From Candidatus Hermodarchaeota archaeon (GTDB lineage: Archaea > Asgardarchaeota > Lokiarchaeia > Sigyniarchaeales > SOKP01): a stretch of 64,000 bases of DNA. This document shows, in pieces, positions 49,984 to 60,700 of the stretch (position 1 is its first letter; every line of letters starts with the position of its first letter). The DNA lies in contig JBHLLP010000005.1 in the NCBI GenBank assembly GCA_048885525.1, positions 1 to 64,000 on the forward strand. The letters run 5' to 3'. Under the pieces are notes generated by a model. It had not been told where the DNA came from. It saw only the letters and a list, made by a program, of their open reading frames with translations, and did no database searches. A program made the position numbers and the translations under genes.

Positions 49984-51021
49984 ATGACGCAAAACCAGAT
50001 TTTATGTATTACTTATTTTGACCAAGTAATCGGTCCTAGCACTTTATATTCAAGTGAACCATTAGTTAAAAGCATAGATACACCTGATATAAATCGAATT
50101 CTTGAATTCAACGATGAGGAAGGCACTTTCATTTTTGCTTATAGAAAGTTTCAAACAGTTAATCATATCTTTCACATTGAATCAGAATTAGCTCGGGGGG
50201 GCAAAGATTTAATGATGATTACTTATATGATCAAAACAGCGATTTTCAAGGATGAAATCGTAGATGTGTTCAAATATTTAGATTCTAAAGCACCAGTTTT
50301 AGAAGAATTTGCTTCTGAGATTAGTAAATTAAATGAATTAACAACAATTCTACACACAAAGAAGAGTGCTATTACTGGTGAATACACTTTAGAATTAGCT
50401 AATGAGGAACTAAAACGTAATTTTTTGGACATATTCAATAAGTATTTTGAAAAATTAGCCCCTAAATACCGATTAGAAACCCCTATAAGGGATAAACGTC
50501 TTATAAAGAAAATTTTTATAATTGGGGCTCCTAGAGCTGGTAAAACAACATTTTTAAAGAATATTGAATTAATACAATTTTTAAATATTAAAAGAAATGA
50601 TTTACCAAGTAGGATTTATGAAGTTGTTATTGAAAATCTCGAAATTTTACAATATGACGATGAGATGAGAGAATTCGAATGTAAAGATTTTGAGAATTTA
50701 GAGAATTGTGTTAACTTCGCGCAGGGATTTATCATACTTTTTAATTTATCAGATAAAAATTCAATTATTCTCACAAAGGAAATTTTCAAAATAGTTGATA
50801 ATACACGATTAAAAATTGAGACTGAATTGGCACCAATTTTAATTATAGGAAACAAGTTTCATGATAAGGAGGATTTTGACCAAGAATTTATTAATGAAAC
50901 ATTTGAAATTAATGAATTAAGGGAACTTGGTATCAAGATAAAATATTTTCCTATAAACATTTTAAAGGAAGACGAAAAAGTTATGAAAGCTATACGCTGG
51001 TTAATACGAAAAATTGTGTAA
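49984..51021 (+). CDS. Longin/uDENN-like domain fused to a degenerate small GTPase
   Basis: N-terminal CITYFDQVIGP. C-terminal GAPRAGKTT, GFIILFNLSD and IIGNKF, with no DxxG. Confidence 0.65.
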   Translation: MTQNQILCITYFDQVIGPSTLYSSEPLVKSIDTPDINRILEFNDEEGTFIFAYRKFQTVNHIFHIESELARGGKDLMMITYMIKTAIFKDEIVDVFKYLDSKAPVLEEFASEISKLNELTTILHTKKSAITGEYTLELANEELKRNFLDIFNKYFEKLAPKYRLETPIRDKRLIKKIFIIGAPRAGKTTFLKNIELIQFLNIKRNDLPSRIYEVVIENLEILQYDDEMREFECKDFENLENCVNFAQGFIILFNLSDKNSIILTKEIFKIVDNTRLKIETELAPILIIGNKFHDKEDFDQEFINETFEINELRELGIKIKYFPINILKEDEKVMKAIRWLIRKIV

Positions 51022-51162
51022 TATTAGACTAAAGAAAAATAGTAATAGTTAAGATTTCTTTTCATTAAATTAAACCTCCAGCAAATCTTTTAAATTATCA
51101 TAAATATAATAAATAAAAATAGAATCATATTCAATCTTAAATAACAATTTGAATTCTTAAAA

Positions 51163-51516
51163 ATGGCATTTAAAGGCATAGCATGGGGAATTGTTTTCTT
51201 TTTAACAGCAGTTATATATTCTACAATTCCCACTTATTTAATTATTAGGTTTTGGGTGTGGTTAAACAGTTTTCCCGTTTATACTTTATCATTATTTATG
51301 CTATTTTTATGGATTGTTGCTATAATTGTAGTACTAATCTATATTGTAGCAATGATAAGAGCTTTTATTCAAAGAAAAAATGAAGAAGGTCTTGGTATTC
51401 CAAAAGGTGTGAAAGGTTTTGGATTAGTGTCAACAATCATAGTAATTGTATTCATGGTGATCTGGTATATTCTGTTTGGTAAAATTGCTTTTTTTACTAT
51501 GATTCCTCCAATTTAA
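51163..51516 (+). CDS. Small 3-TM membrane protein
   Basis: Three hydrophobic helices. Confidence 0.75.
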   Translation: MAFKGIAWGIVFFLTAVIYSTIPTYLIIRFWVWLNSFPVYTLSLFMLFLWIVAIIVVLIYIVAMIRAFIQRKNEEGLGIPKGVKGFGLVSTIIVIVFMVIWYILFGKIAFFTMIPPI

Positions 51517-52721
51517 TATAAAATAACTCGAATTACCTTAAAGAGGATTTGAGGATTTTTTATTAGAAATTTAATTAAAAAAAATAGAAACAGTGGATTT
51601 TTGATTATTTTGAATATTGTAGCTCGAGGAAAGTCCATATCACCATAAATAGATATTAATGTTTCAATTTCGCTTTTTTTTATTATTCTGAATATCTTTT
51701 CAAAATCTTTCTTAGTACACTTCTCTAAAAAGGCTCGAATTAAATAATGAATTTTTAATTCTCTTCCAATTTTAATTCTACATGGAGTTTCATAATTCCT
51801 CTTGATTATTCTCCGTGTGAATTTTTTATATTTAAAACATTTTTTAATGCATTCAGCTGCATATTTCCCTGCTGTTAATAACATTATGATCCCACCTCCA
51901 GTAGTAGCTTTAACTTGACAGGCTGAATCTCCTACTAGTAAAACATTATTAAAAGCAAGTTTGTTCATTAATCCATACGGTATTAAACCGCCTTGTTGAT
52001 CAATCTTTTGGTCAGGATTAATTTTTAGTCTATTTAGGAAAGTTCGGAAATTTTTTCCTATATTTTTAGAGCTTGCTATTCCAATACGATAGATATTGTT
52101 GCCTTCTGGGACGATCCAGCCAAATAATTCTCTCCATCGGCGATCAAAAAACAGCAGTGCTTCATTTTCATTAAATTGACCTTTAATACGGATCTGAGTA
52201 GCAAATAAATTATCATTTTTTATTCCTAATATCTTTCCTACAGAAGTTAAAGGTCCATCGCATCCAACCAATATATTAGCTTTAATTTTTCTTTTATTAG
52301 TTTCAATTAATACTAGTTTTTCTTGATTTTGTTTTATAATTTGAAAATTTCTAAATTTCTCTCCAAAACTATACTGAATATTCTCATTATATTTAATTTT
52401 TTCATAGAATAAGCGGTCTAACCCCACTCTGTCAATTATGTATGGCTTTTCATTTCCTGCTAGTTTAATAAAGACTCCTGAGGGTGCTACAATTTTAGCT
52501 GTATCTACACGATTTAAAATTATTTCAGGAGGTAATTCGATTAAATTACTTAGTTTTTGAGAAACAATACCAGCACATTGAAGAGGCAGTCCTATTTGTT
52601 CATGTTCTTCGATAACTAATATTTTTAAATTAGTTTTGGATAATAAATAGCTTAAATAATTACCTGTAAGGCTTCCCCCAATGATACAAACATCACAATC
52701 TGCAATTTTAATCTCCTTCAT
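51513..52721 (-). CDS. Geranylgeranyl reductase family flavoprotein
   Basis: IGLPLQCAG, GCDG, FGWIVP and VGDSACQVKATTGGGI. Confidence 0.9.
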   Translation of the reverse strand: MKEIKIADCDVCIIGGSLTGNYLSYLLSKTNLKILVIEEHEQIGLPLQCAGIVSQKLSNLIELPPEIILNRVDTAKIVAPSGVFIKLAGNEKPYIIDRVGLDRLFYEKIKYNENIQYSFGEKFRNFQIIKQNQEKLVLIETNKRKIKANILVGCDGPLTSVGKILGIKNDNLFATQIRIKGQFNENEALLFFDRRWRELFGWIVPEGNNIYRIGIASSKNIGKNFRTFLNRLKINPDQKIDQQGGLIPYGLMNKLAFNNVLLVGDSACQVKATTGGGIIMLLTAGKYAAECIKKCFKYKKFTRRIIKRNYETPCRIKIGRELKIHYLIRAFLEKCTKKDFEKIFRIIKKSEIETLISIYGDMDFPRATIFKIIKNPLFLFFLIKFLIKNPQILFKVIRVILY

Positions 52722-52807
52722 GAGTTTTTAGAATATTACGATTTATAGTTATGAAAATTACAAATATATTGAAAAAATATCAAAAATTTTGTATATCGAA
52801 ATTATCT

Positions 52808-53842
52808 TTAAGAATAATATTTTTTAACATAAATTAATTCATCGGGTGGAATCTCTCGATAACCTAATGATGTCATCATTCCATAGACTATTCCTAAAGT
52901 TACATTAGAAAAGATAGAATTAGTCTTAACAGTTAGATCTGTCCTTGATGTTAGAATTGGAGTAATTTTATCAACTAGAAATTTTGTTCTAGGATTTTCT
53001 TCATATAATTTTATTATTGCATCTTTAAATGTTTTCATAAAATTCTCATGTTCTGAAATGATTTCATGAACATTGTTTTTCCCATTAACTATTCCAAAAT
53101 GGCCAAAACCGGCTTTTAAAGGGAATAATTTTTTCAGATTACCTAAGGTTTCCATATACTTATTATGATTGTAGTAAATAGGCATAGATGATGGCATTGT
53201 TACTAACTTTGAAGTATGATAGAGGGTTCCAACACCTTCTCCAAAAAATATAAAATCTATTTTCCCATCTTTGATGAAGAGAGGCATCTGGTGATCTGGG
53301 GTGTGTCCAGGTGTTTTTAATATAGCTAATTTAACTTCTGATTCATTAGTAGTGAAAATATCAATGATATCAATTTTTTTGGGATCTTGATTAAAATTGG
53401 CACTTGGATCAATTATTTTAAAAGCAGTTTCTGGAATAGGTCTCATCTCACCTATTAAATTACCGTATGTGCGCTTACCCCGATTCAAATGAAGTTCAAA
53501 ATCAATTAATAGTTCTTTAGTTATTTGATTTGTGAGAATTTTTACATCTGGGTTATACTTTTTTAATTTTGCATAAAGCTTCCACATTCCACCATTATGA
53601 TCAAAATGATGATGGGAGGTTATTAAATATTTAAATGATGATAATGAGATATTCTGTTTTTTAAAATACCTTAATCCTTTTTTGATATCTAATGAAGATC
53701 CACAGTCAAATAAAACAGAGCAATCATCAAATTCTCCAAGAAAAATAGATAGCATTCTTGTTGTTCCATAACCTCTCATATCAATATGATGGAGATATTC
53801 GTTGATCTTCCCCGTTTTTAAAGTTATTACCTCATTATCCAT
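52808..53842 (-). CDS. Metallo-beta-lactamase-fold hydrolase
   Basis: SHHHFDHNGG, TPGHTPDH and FGHFG. Confidence 0.9.
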   Translation of the reverse strand: MDNEVITLKTGKINEYLHHIDMRGYGTTRMLSIFLGEFDDCSVLFDCGSSLDIKKGLRYFKKQNISLSSFKYLITSHHHFDHNGGMWKLYAKLKKYNPDVKILTNQITKELLIDFELHLNRGKRTYGNLIGEMRPIPETAFKIIDPSANFNQDPKKIDIIDIFTTNESEVKLAILKTPGHTPDHQMPLFIKDGKIDFIFFGEGVGTLYHTSKLVTMPSSMPIYYNHNKYMETLGNLKKLFPLKAGFGHFGIVNGKNNVHEIISEHENFMKTFKDAIIKLYEENPRTKFLVDKITPILTSRTDLTVKTNSIFSNVTLGIVYGMMTSLGYREIPPDELIYVKKYYS

Positions 53843-53940
53843 AGAAAAGGTAATTAAAAATACAATAAGAAGTATTTTATTATAAAAAATTAAAAATTTG
53901 TGAGATTTAAAAGGTAAAAGTTATAAAAAGGATTTTTTTC

Positions 53941-56148
53941 TTAAAGATTTAGTTTTTGTTTCCAGATTTTCATTGAAAGTCTCAATTCCTCTCTTTCAGG
54001 ATGGCTTAACACCTCTGATTTATCTTTAAGCTCTGTACCAGTACTATGAATAGTTTTTAATATACTATTATATCCCTCTGTCTTAACAAATTCATTTTGA
54101 AATCTTTCTAATGCTGCTGAAATTTCTTTTCCAGTCATTTTTTCTAGATTATTTAAAATATCATGGAACTGTTTTGATAAGAAAGTATCTTTTGGGATTT
54201 CGGCTACTTCTGTCTCTACCATTTTAGGTTCTTCCAATGGGGGTGTAATTACAGGTTTAGTAATGATGGGTTCTTCTTTTAGAGGTTCTTCTAATTTGGG
54301 TTGTGTTTCTAATGAAATTGGCTTTTTAATTGTACGCAAAATTTCCTTACGTGCTCCAACCCAAGCATCTTCAAGGATAGGTACAAATATTTTAATATGT
54401 TCTTCAATTATACTCCCAATACCTGCGATTTCAGTTAGATATTCTCCTCTAAATTCTGTTTTTGAAAGAACACATAGTATTACTTCTTCATAATCTTTGT
54501 TAATTCCCCAAAGATTTTGTAGTGCTCGATTTCGATAATCTACGTTATCCATATTATCCATCTCTCGCATAATAGCCTCATGTTCTGGGATAGTTGGATC
54601 TATATAAGTTGCAATTCTAAAGTTTATGCGTGAAGGTCGGGCTTTAATTGTCTCAATGTCAATGTCAGAAAGATTGGGTGCTACAATCAAGACTCTCATT
54701 TTAGCATTTAATATTTCTTCATTTATATGAGCTCTAGCCGCTTCTGGAGACCTAATAAACCATATATCCTTCATTGTAAAGCCACGTTGGCTTTTGGCTT
54801 GATCCCAAAATTCTCGAGTAGTAACTTCACTAACTTCCAATCTTTTTAAAATATCTGATAATGTATTATCTAGAGTGTCAACAATACCCTTTCCAAAGAT
54901 ATCTTTTATATTACCAAATGATTCAAAAATACCTCCAGAAAGACCATCAATTCGTTGTTCCGCTAACTTTACAGCTTTATTAAAATTTTCAGAAATATCA
55001 GCAAATATTCTTTCTTTATCTTCTCCAGATTTGGAAGTAATTGATTCAATATTCTTTGCGGCATCTTCAAGTGAATCCTTAAGTTTTGAAATAATTTCTG
55101 TGTTAATTCCTTGTGTTGCTTTTTTCAATTCATCAGCAAATACAGTCTGACTGACGCTTAATTGCACGTTTAAATTGTCAGTAATATCTTTTAAACGTGT
55201 AGCAATAACTTTATCGATTACATCACTAACTGCTTGTTGAATTACCCCTAAGCGTAATTTTTGTAAATTTTCAGTAATAGTTGTTTTGATATCACCAAAT
55301 TGATCTCGTAGATCATCAACTTGATTTTTAATAATCTGGGATGTTCTTACATTAAGATTTTCAAATTGCTTTGATAAAGAACTAATTTGATCATCAGACA
55401 AAGACTTTGTTAAATCTCCGAGATGAGATATATCATCTGTAATTGTTCTAATTTGATCGATTGCTGAAATCGTCTGATCGAATTCTTTCTTTTGAGCATG
55501 GATTTGAGAAAGCATTTTTTCTTTTAAATCTGACATTACTACACTAGAATCTTTCATTTTTTCCATATCCTTTGCCTCAGTTTCAAGTTGAGAAAATGAT
55601 TTATCTAATTGCTTAGGGATAGTAGATTTTATATCATATATATAAGCATAAAATTTCTTCAATTGTGCGATTAAAGCAGCATAAGGCGGTAAAGCCTGAT
55701 AATGAGGAGTTGCACCGATAATCTCTTTAAATAATCCTTTTTCTACAAATTTATCAGCAATTTCTTTACATTTTTCTTTTGGTTTGCCAATTAGAATTGA
55801 CATTTCCCCAATAGATATTGCTTCTCGACCTGTGGTTCGAAAATATAGATCTATTTCTTCATCCGATAGATCAATCTCACTTAATACTTGCTTTGTTAAT
55901 TCTTTGGAATATGCAACATCTTTTTCTTTTTCTATAACATCTTTTATTTCAAAATTCTCTACTTCTAAATGTTGATTGATAAAAATTATTAATTTATGAG
56001 CAGGGTCGCCGTGAACATTTTCTTTTTTAATTGGAAACTTTTTAATTTCTTTATACTCATCTACAGAAATTGGAAATTTAATATCTTTTAAACAAATCTT
56101 ACATTTAATAGGGACTTCAACAATATCTTTATCTTTAAATAGATACAT
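53941..56148 (-). CDS. TrmB-like HTH, long coiled coil and PLD-like domain protein
   Basis: N-terminal CKIC..H..H. Then LSDEEIDLYF..KFVEKGLFKEIIGATPHYQALPP (TrmB-like), a helical middle region, and AKMRVLIVAP..KDYEEV..LEDAW. Confidence 0.6.
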   Translation of the reverse strand: MYLFKDKDIVEVPIKCKICLKDIKFPISVDEYKEIKKFPIKKENVHGDPAHKLIIFINQHLEVENFEIKDVIEKEKDVAYSKELTKQVLSEIDLSDEEIDLYFRTTGREAISIGEMSILIGKPKEKCKEIADKFVEKGLFKEIIGATPHYQALPPYAALIAQLKKFYAYIYDIKSTIPKQLDKSFSQLETEAKDMEKMKDSSVVMSDLKEKMLSQIHAQKKEFDQTISAIDQIRTITDDISHLGDLTKSLSDDQISSLSKQFENLNVRTSQIIKNQVDDLRDQFGDIKTTITENLQKLRLGVIQQAVSDVIDKVIATRLKDITDNLNVQLSVSQTVFADELKKATQGINTEIISKLKDSLEDAAKNIESITSKSGEDKERIFADISENFNKAVKLAEQRIDGLSGGIFESFGNIKDIFGKGIVDTLDNTLSDILKRLEVSEVTTREFWDQAKSQRGFTMKDIWFIRSPEAARAHINEEILNAKMRVLIVAPNLSDIDIETIKARPSRINFRIATYIDPTIPEHEAIMREMDNMDNVDYRNRALQNLWGINKDYEEVILCVLSKTEFRGEYLTEIAGIGSIIEEHIKIFVPILEDAWVGARKEILRTIKKPISLETQPKLEEPLKEEPIITKPVITPPLEEPKMVETEVAEIPKDTFLSKQFHDILNNLEKMTGKEISAALERFQNEFVKTEGYNSILKTIHSTGTELKDKSEVLSHPEREELRLSMKIWKQKLNL

Positions 56149-56181
56149 TATTCTAAATCATCTCATATTAATTATTATACT

Positions 56182-57435
56182 TTAAAATATTACTTTCTCT
56201 GGATATGTAATTTCTAATAAGCTAAGAGCTTTTCTAGCGATTTCATAAGTAATTGCACCATCAGTATCTTGATCTTTATAAGCTGCTCTTATTTTAGGGA
56301 GAAGATATTCTGGAAATATAATCAATGGTTTAATATCAGTTAATAGACATATCCATTTTCTGTCAGTCTCATCTGTAACTTCTGTAATTATATTTAATTT
56401 CTTTAGATCTTCTAATAAAATCTCAGTTACAGCGAACTCGGAAAAAATTTTTGGAATTTTATCCATTGGATAATGATTATGTCTCATTAAGACAAAAAAA
56501 TCATAAACATCAGGATTGAGAAGAATTGATGCCAATTTTTTCGTATCTTCAATTGGTTGAGTATAAGGATCGTAATTTGAAAAGAAATCAACAACTTTTT
56601 GTCTATATAAAGGTAATAATTCATTTTTAGTCTCTTTAAAGTGGTTTAATAAGTTTTCATTTGGAACACGAGCAAACATTAAATCTTTAACTAGAAATAG
56701 ATATTCTCCTTGATGGGTTAGTGTACCTGTTTTTTTGTCTTTTTCACCTTTTATCCAATCCCGACGTATAATATTTAACTCTAAAAAAGGTTGTAAGAGG
56801 ATATCTACATTTACATTAGATGACATCTTTTCTAATATTGCCTTCATTTCCTTCTTTGAGATTGGTCTTTCTCTCAAAAGTTCTAAAATTTTCAAACGTT
56901 CATTACTATTATAGATCAAAGCGACTTTCTGAAGTTTATCTAAGTTTGATAAACGGTCCACTTGAAAAATAGTAAACTTTAATTCATTTTTTAACCTGAT
57001 ATTAATATTCTCGATAAGAGAAAGTTGTTTCGAATTCCTTGCTCTTGTTAATTTATCAAAAATGACATCTAATCTTTTTCCCATTTCTTTAATTAGAGCT
57101 TCAAAAATGTCAATTTCATCATCTAATTCGAATACTGAGATGGCCAAATACTGCGTTCCATCAGCGACTTGTTTAAAATAAGATAATATCTGATAAGGAG
57201 TGTCTTTTGATCTTCCCTCATAAAAATTACTATAACTATACTTGACTCCAAAAAGTCCTGTAGTGTGCTGATAAAAAATCGCAAAAATATCATTTTGAGA
57301 AATTAATTCTGAAAAATGATCCTCATCATACTCATCTTCCCGGAAGATTAATTGAATTGGTTCAAACTCTGGTTCTATTTCACCACTTTCTTTTTGATTA
57401 ATCTTGAACTGAAATGTTAAAATACCTTGGATCAA
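56182..57435 (-). CDS. Asgard-type hypothetical protein with winged-helix segments
   Basis: Long ORF co-oriented with 53941-56148. RLKILELLRERPISKKEM looks HTH-like. Confidence 0.6.
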   Translation of the reverse strand: MIQGILTFQFKINQKESGEIEPEFEPIQLIFREDEYDEDHFSELISQNDIFAIFYQHTTGLFGVKYSYSNFYEGRSKDTPYQILSYFKQVADGTQYLAISVFELDDEIDIFEALIKEMGKRLDVIFDKLTRARNSKQLSLIENINIRLKNELKFTIFQVDRLSNLDKLQKVALIYNSNERLKILELLRERPISKKEMKAILEKMSSNVNVDILLQPFLELNIIRRDWIKGEKDKKTGTLTHQGEYLFLVKDLMFARVPNENLLNHFKETKNELLPLYRQKVVDFFSNYDPYTQPIEDTKKLASILLNPDVYDFFVLMRHNHYPMDKIPKIFSEFAVTEILLEDLKKLNIITEVTDETDRKWICLLTDIKPLIIFPEYLLPKIRAAYKDQDTDGAITYEIARKALSLLEITYPEKVIF

Positions 57436-57735
57436 TTATATCACTTTACAGATTTGATAAATAAGTTTTTTAAATTAATATTATAATATTACTTCTTAAG
57501 TATTATTTATTATTATAGTTTAATTAAACTTTATTCAAATTAATTAAGATTAGACATTTAGTATTTCTAAATAATTGATAATACGTTGTAATTTATATAT
57601 TATGATATCCTAAAGAAAAACATCTAAGAATATATTTCAAAGGTTTTAAGATATATTGGCAAATTATTTATTAAATAATTTAGTATAATACCTTAACAAA
57701 AATTTTTTAATTAAAAGAGCAAAGAATACCTAATT

Positions 57736-60700
57736 ATGATTTTGAGAAATGGGAAAAAGAAGAGCTTTCTAATTTTTAGTTTTATTTTTTTAATTTCATT
57801 CTCATCTATTTTTATATTTTCTATAAATCAAAATACTAGTTCAATCTTAAACAAGAAATTTGGAGGATCTGAAAAGAATAATCTAAAAAATCCTAAATTA
57901 GCAGCTCAAGAAACGCTTACGGCTGTATGGTTTGAAAACCCTACTTTTGAAGATCCAATAGGCCCAACTTGGTATCATTTATATGGAGAATTAGGAGATA
58001 ATTCAGATATAAAAGCAACTTCAGGTTCAGATCAAGCAAACTTTATAATAATAGGGGATAGCTATGAGGAACAGATCCTCCTTGATGATACAACTTACAC
58101 AAATTGGGAAGCGTTCAATAAAACAGAGCTAGTTGTCGTTCCTCAACGCTCATCTGTTCCCTATTATGGGATTGATAGTGATGGAGCTTGGTGCAGTCAT
58201 CGTTGGGATGAAGGAGAGACTGGAGGGCAACCCAAAAATACTCCTGTTATGCATTGGAGAACAAATGTTAGTCTAAATGTCGACATGTCTGATTATATTA
58301 TTACATCGGTAGATTTTAACGCAATAATTAATGGTAGCGTAGATATATATATTGATACGCCTGGTGATACACTGGCTAGAGCAGGAGTTTCCATCAATCA
58401 ATATGAAACTTATGATTATGCTCAATTTTATGTTGAAATTACCACTTTAGATATTAATGAGCTAAATACTTACAGGATTGCCTTTAATCAAACAATCTGG
58501 TTAGGAAATGAAGCCCGTTTATTATATGATATAGAAGGATTAATAGGAGCTTATGAAGAACAAGCAATAATTAATGCGTTAAATAATGTCTTAGCAGTGG
58601 ATCCAGGTCATAATAATTTCACAATTGTTTTGGGAATATATTTGTATTGTGAAGACAATAATTCGGGCACTGATCTCGACGATTGGACTGAATTACGATT
58701 CAAATTTCTGAATTTGACGTTTTCTTATGAAAAAAAAATAGATCAATTTACTTCTGCCTCATGGAATCAGGATGGAGATAAAGTAAGTGATATTAGTAAT
58801 GATACAATTATAATAAATGAAGCAAAACTTAATTTTAACTATAAAACGGATAGTAATTGGACTGATGCTTCTCCTAATTCTGAAATCAGAATTTTTATTA
58901 ATAACAATAAACTCACAGAAACAATTAAACTAAGTACAGCTACCACAAGTTTTCAAATCGCTAAAATAGGTGGTTATGATGTCACTTCATTAATTCCATA
59001 TAATGTTTTTATCAATTTTTCAATTCAAGTTTATTTAGCAGATGAATTTTCATTAAGTAAAAATATCACTTTTTCAATAGATAATCTTTATCTCAATATT
59101 ACATATACTGTACTATTTCCTGATTATCAGACAAATTTACAAATATTTTTCAACGGTGTGAACAAGACTTCTCTTCCATTTTATGATCATCCTGTAGGTA
59201 ATGATTTAAATATAACTGTAAAGTATCCTGATGATACAGGTACTCATATTCCAGGAGCTGTAGTACAGTTATCTGGAAATCTCACAGGAACTTTACAAGA
59301 AGATCCATCGTATGAACAATATACTATTATTATAGACGCAAATGATTTTAATGCAGGTACTTACGATTTAAAAATTGTCGCGCATAAGGTAAATTATAAG
59401 CTAAGTACCATCAGCCGTGTTTTAACTGTAAGTCCAACTAGTTCGCAAGATCTTCAATTATTCTTAAATGGTGAAAATAAGACTTTAGACCCTTCATTTG
59501 AAATTTCACTCGATAAATTATTAAATATCACAATAAAATACAATACTTTCTTAGGAACACCGGTAACAGGAGCTTCAGTAACTTTATCTGGAGAAGGAAT
59601 TTTAGAAAATCTGAATGAAAGCGTGAGTTTAAATCAATATTCTACAATCATAAATACTACATTAAATCTTAAATATGGGACTAATCTCTTAGAAATTGAA
59701 GCAAAAAAATTAAATCATGAAACAAAATTTGAATATCCAAGGATAAATATAAGGAAAATTAATGCAATGATTACTCCTGTAAATAATACTAATACAATAA
59801 GTACTAAACCAGGAGGAGACGCTACAATACAAGTATATATAAATAACACAGATTTTAATGAAATAGTCAAAGGAGCATATGTTACTTATTCTTGGGATTT
59901 TGATGATGGCATTCTTTATGATCTTGATAATGATGGGATATATGAGGTGAATATAACAGATGTTCCTGCAGGAACTCATTCAATAAATATTAATGCTTTT
60001 GGAAGTGATAAATACAATTTTATCAGTCTTGAAATCATAATAGCTGCTGTAAAACCTATAGATTCATCGTTTCTCTTTCGAGCTTTATTAATAGCAGCAA
60101 TTATTGTTTCCATTGGATTAACGAGTTATCTTTATGCATATCAAACATATCTAAAATATCCTAAACAAGTTAGAAAAATCCGAAAATATCGAAAAACTCT
60201 AAGAAAAGCAAAAGATCCACATATTCCTATTATAAAACGTAAAAAAGCATTTAATCGTTCATATCAAGAAGAATTGGATAAAACGTCAATAAATTTAAAA
60301 AGTAAACCAAAAGGAGAAAAAGAACTGCAGGAAAGGATGGTTAAAGAATCTCCAGAAAATTCTGGAGTCGAATTACCTAATGGAACTATAAAACAAAGCA
60401 CAAATTCTCATTTTACAAATAAAGATAAAACCAATAGAAAAAATAAAAATAGGACTCATCGAAAGTGGTTTAAGTTTAGTTTGAAAAAAAAGTGGGGAGG
60501 ATCTCTTAATATTAAAAACAACAGAAAATTTCTTTATTTAATTTTTATTTTAGCAAGCTTAATTCTGTACTCCTTGATAATCTGTCCATTTATTAGTCAA
60601 AATTCCACTATATTCTCCAATGATTCAGTTAACAATGTATTTAATGAAAATGTTGGCAAACTTGGAATTTCAGCTCAAGAGTCTTTTACAAAACAATGGC

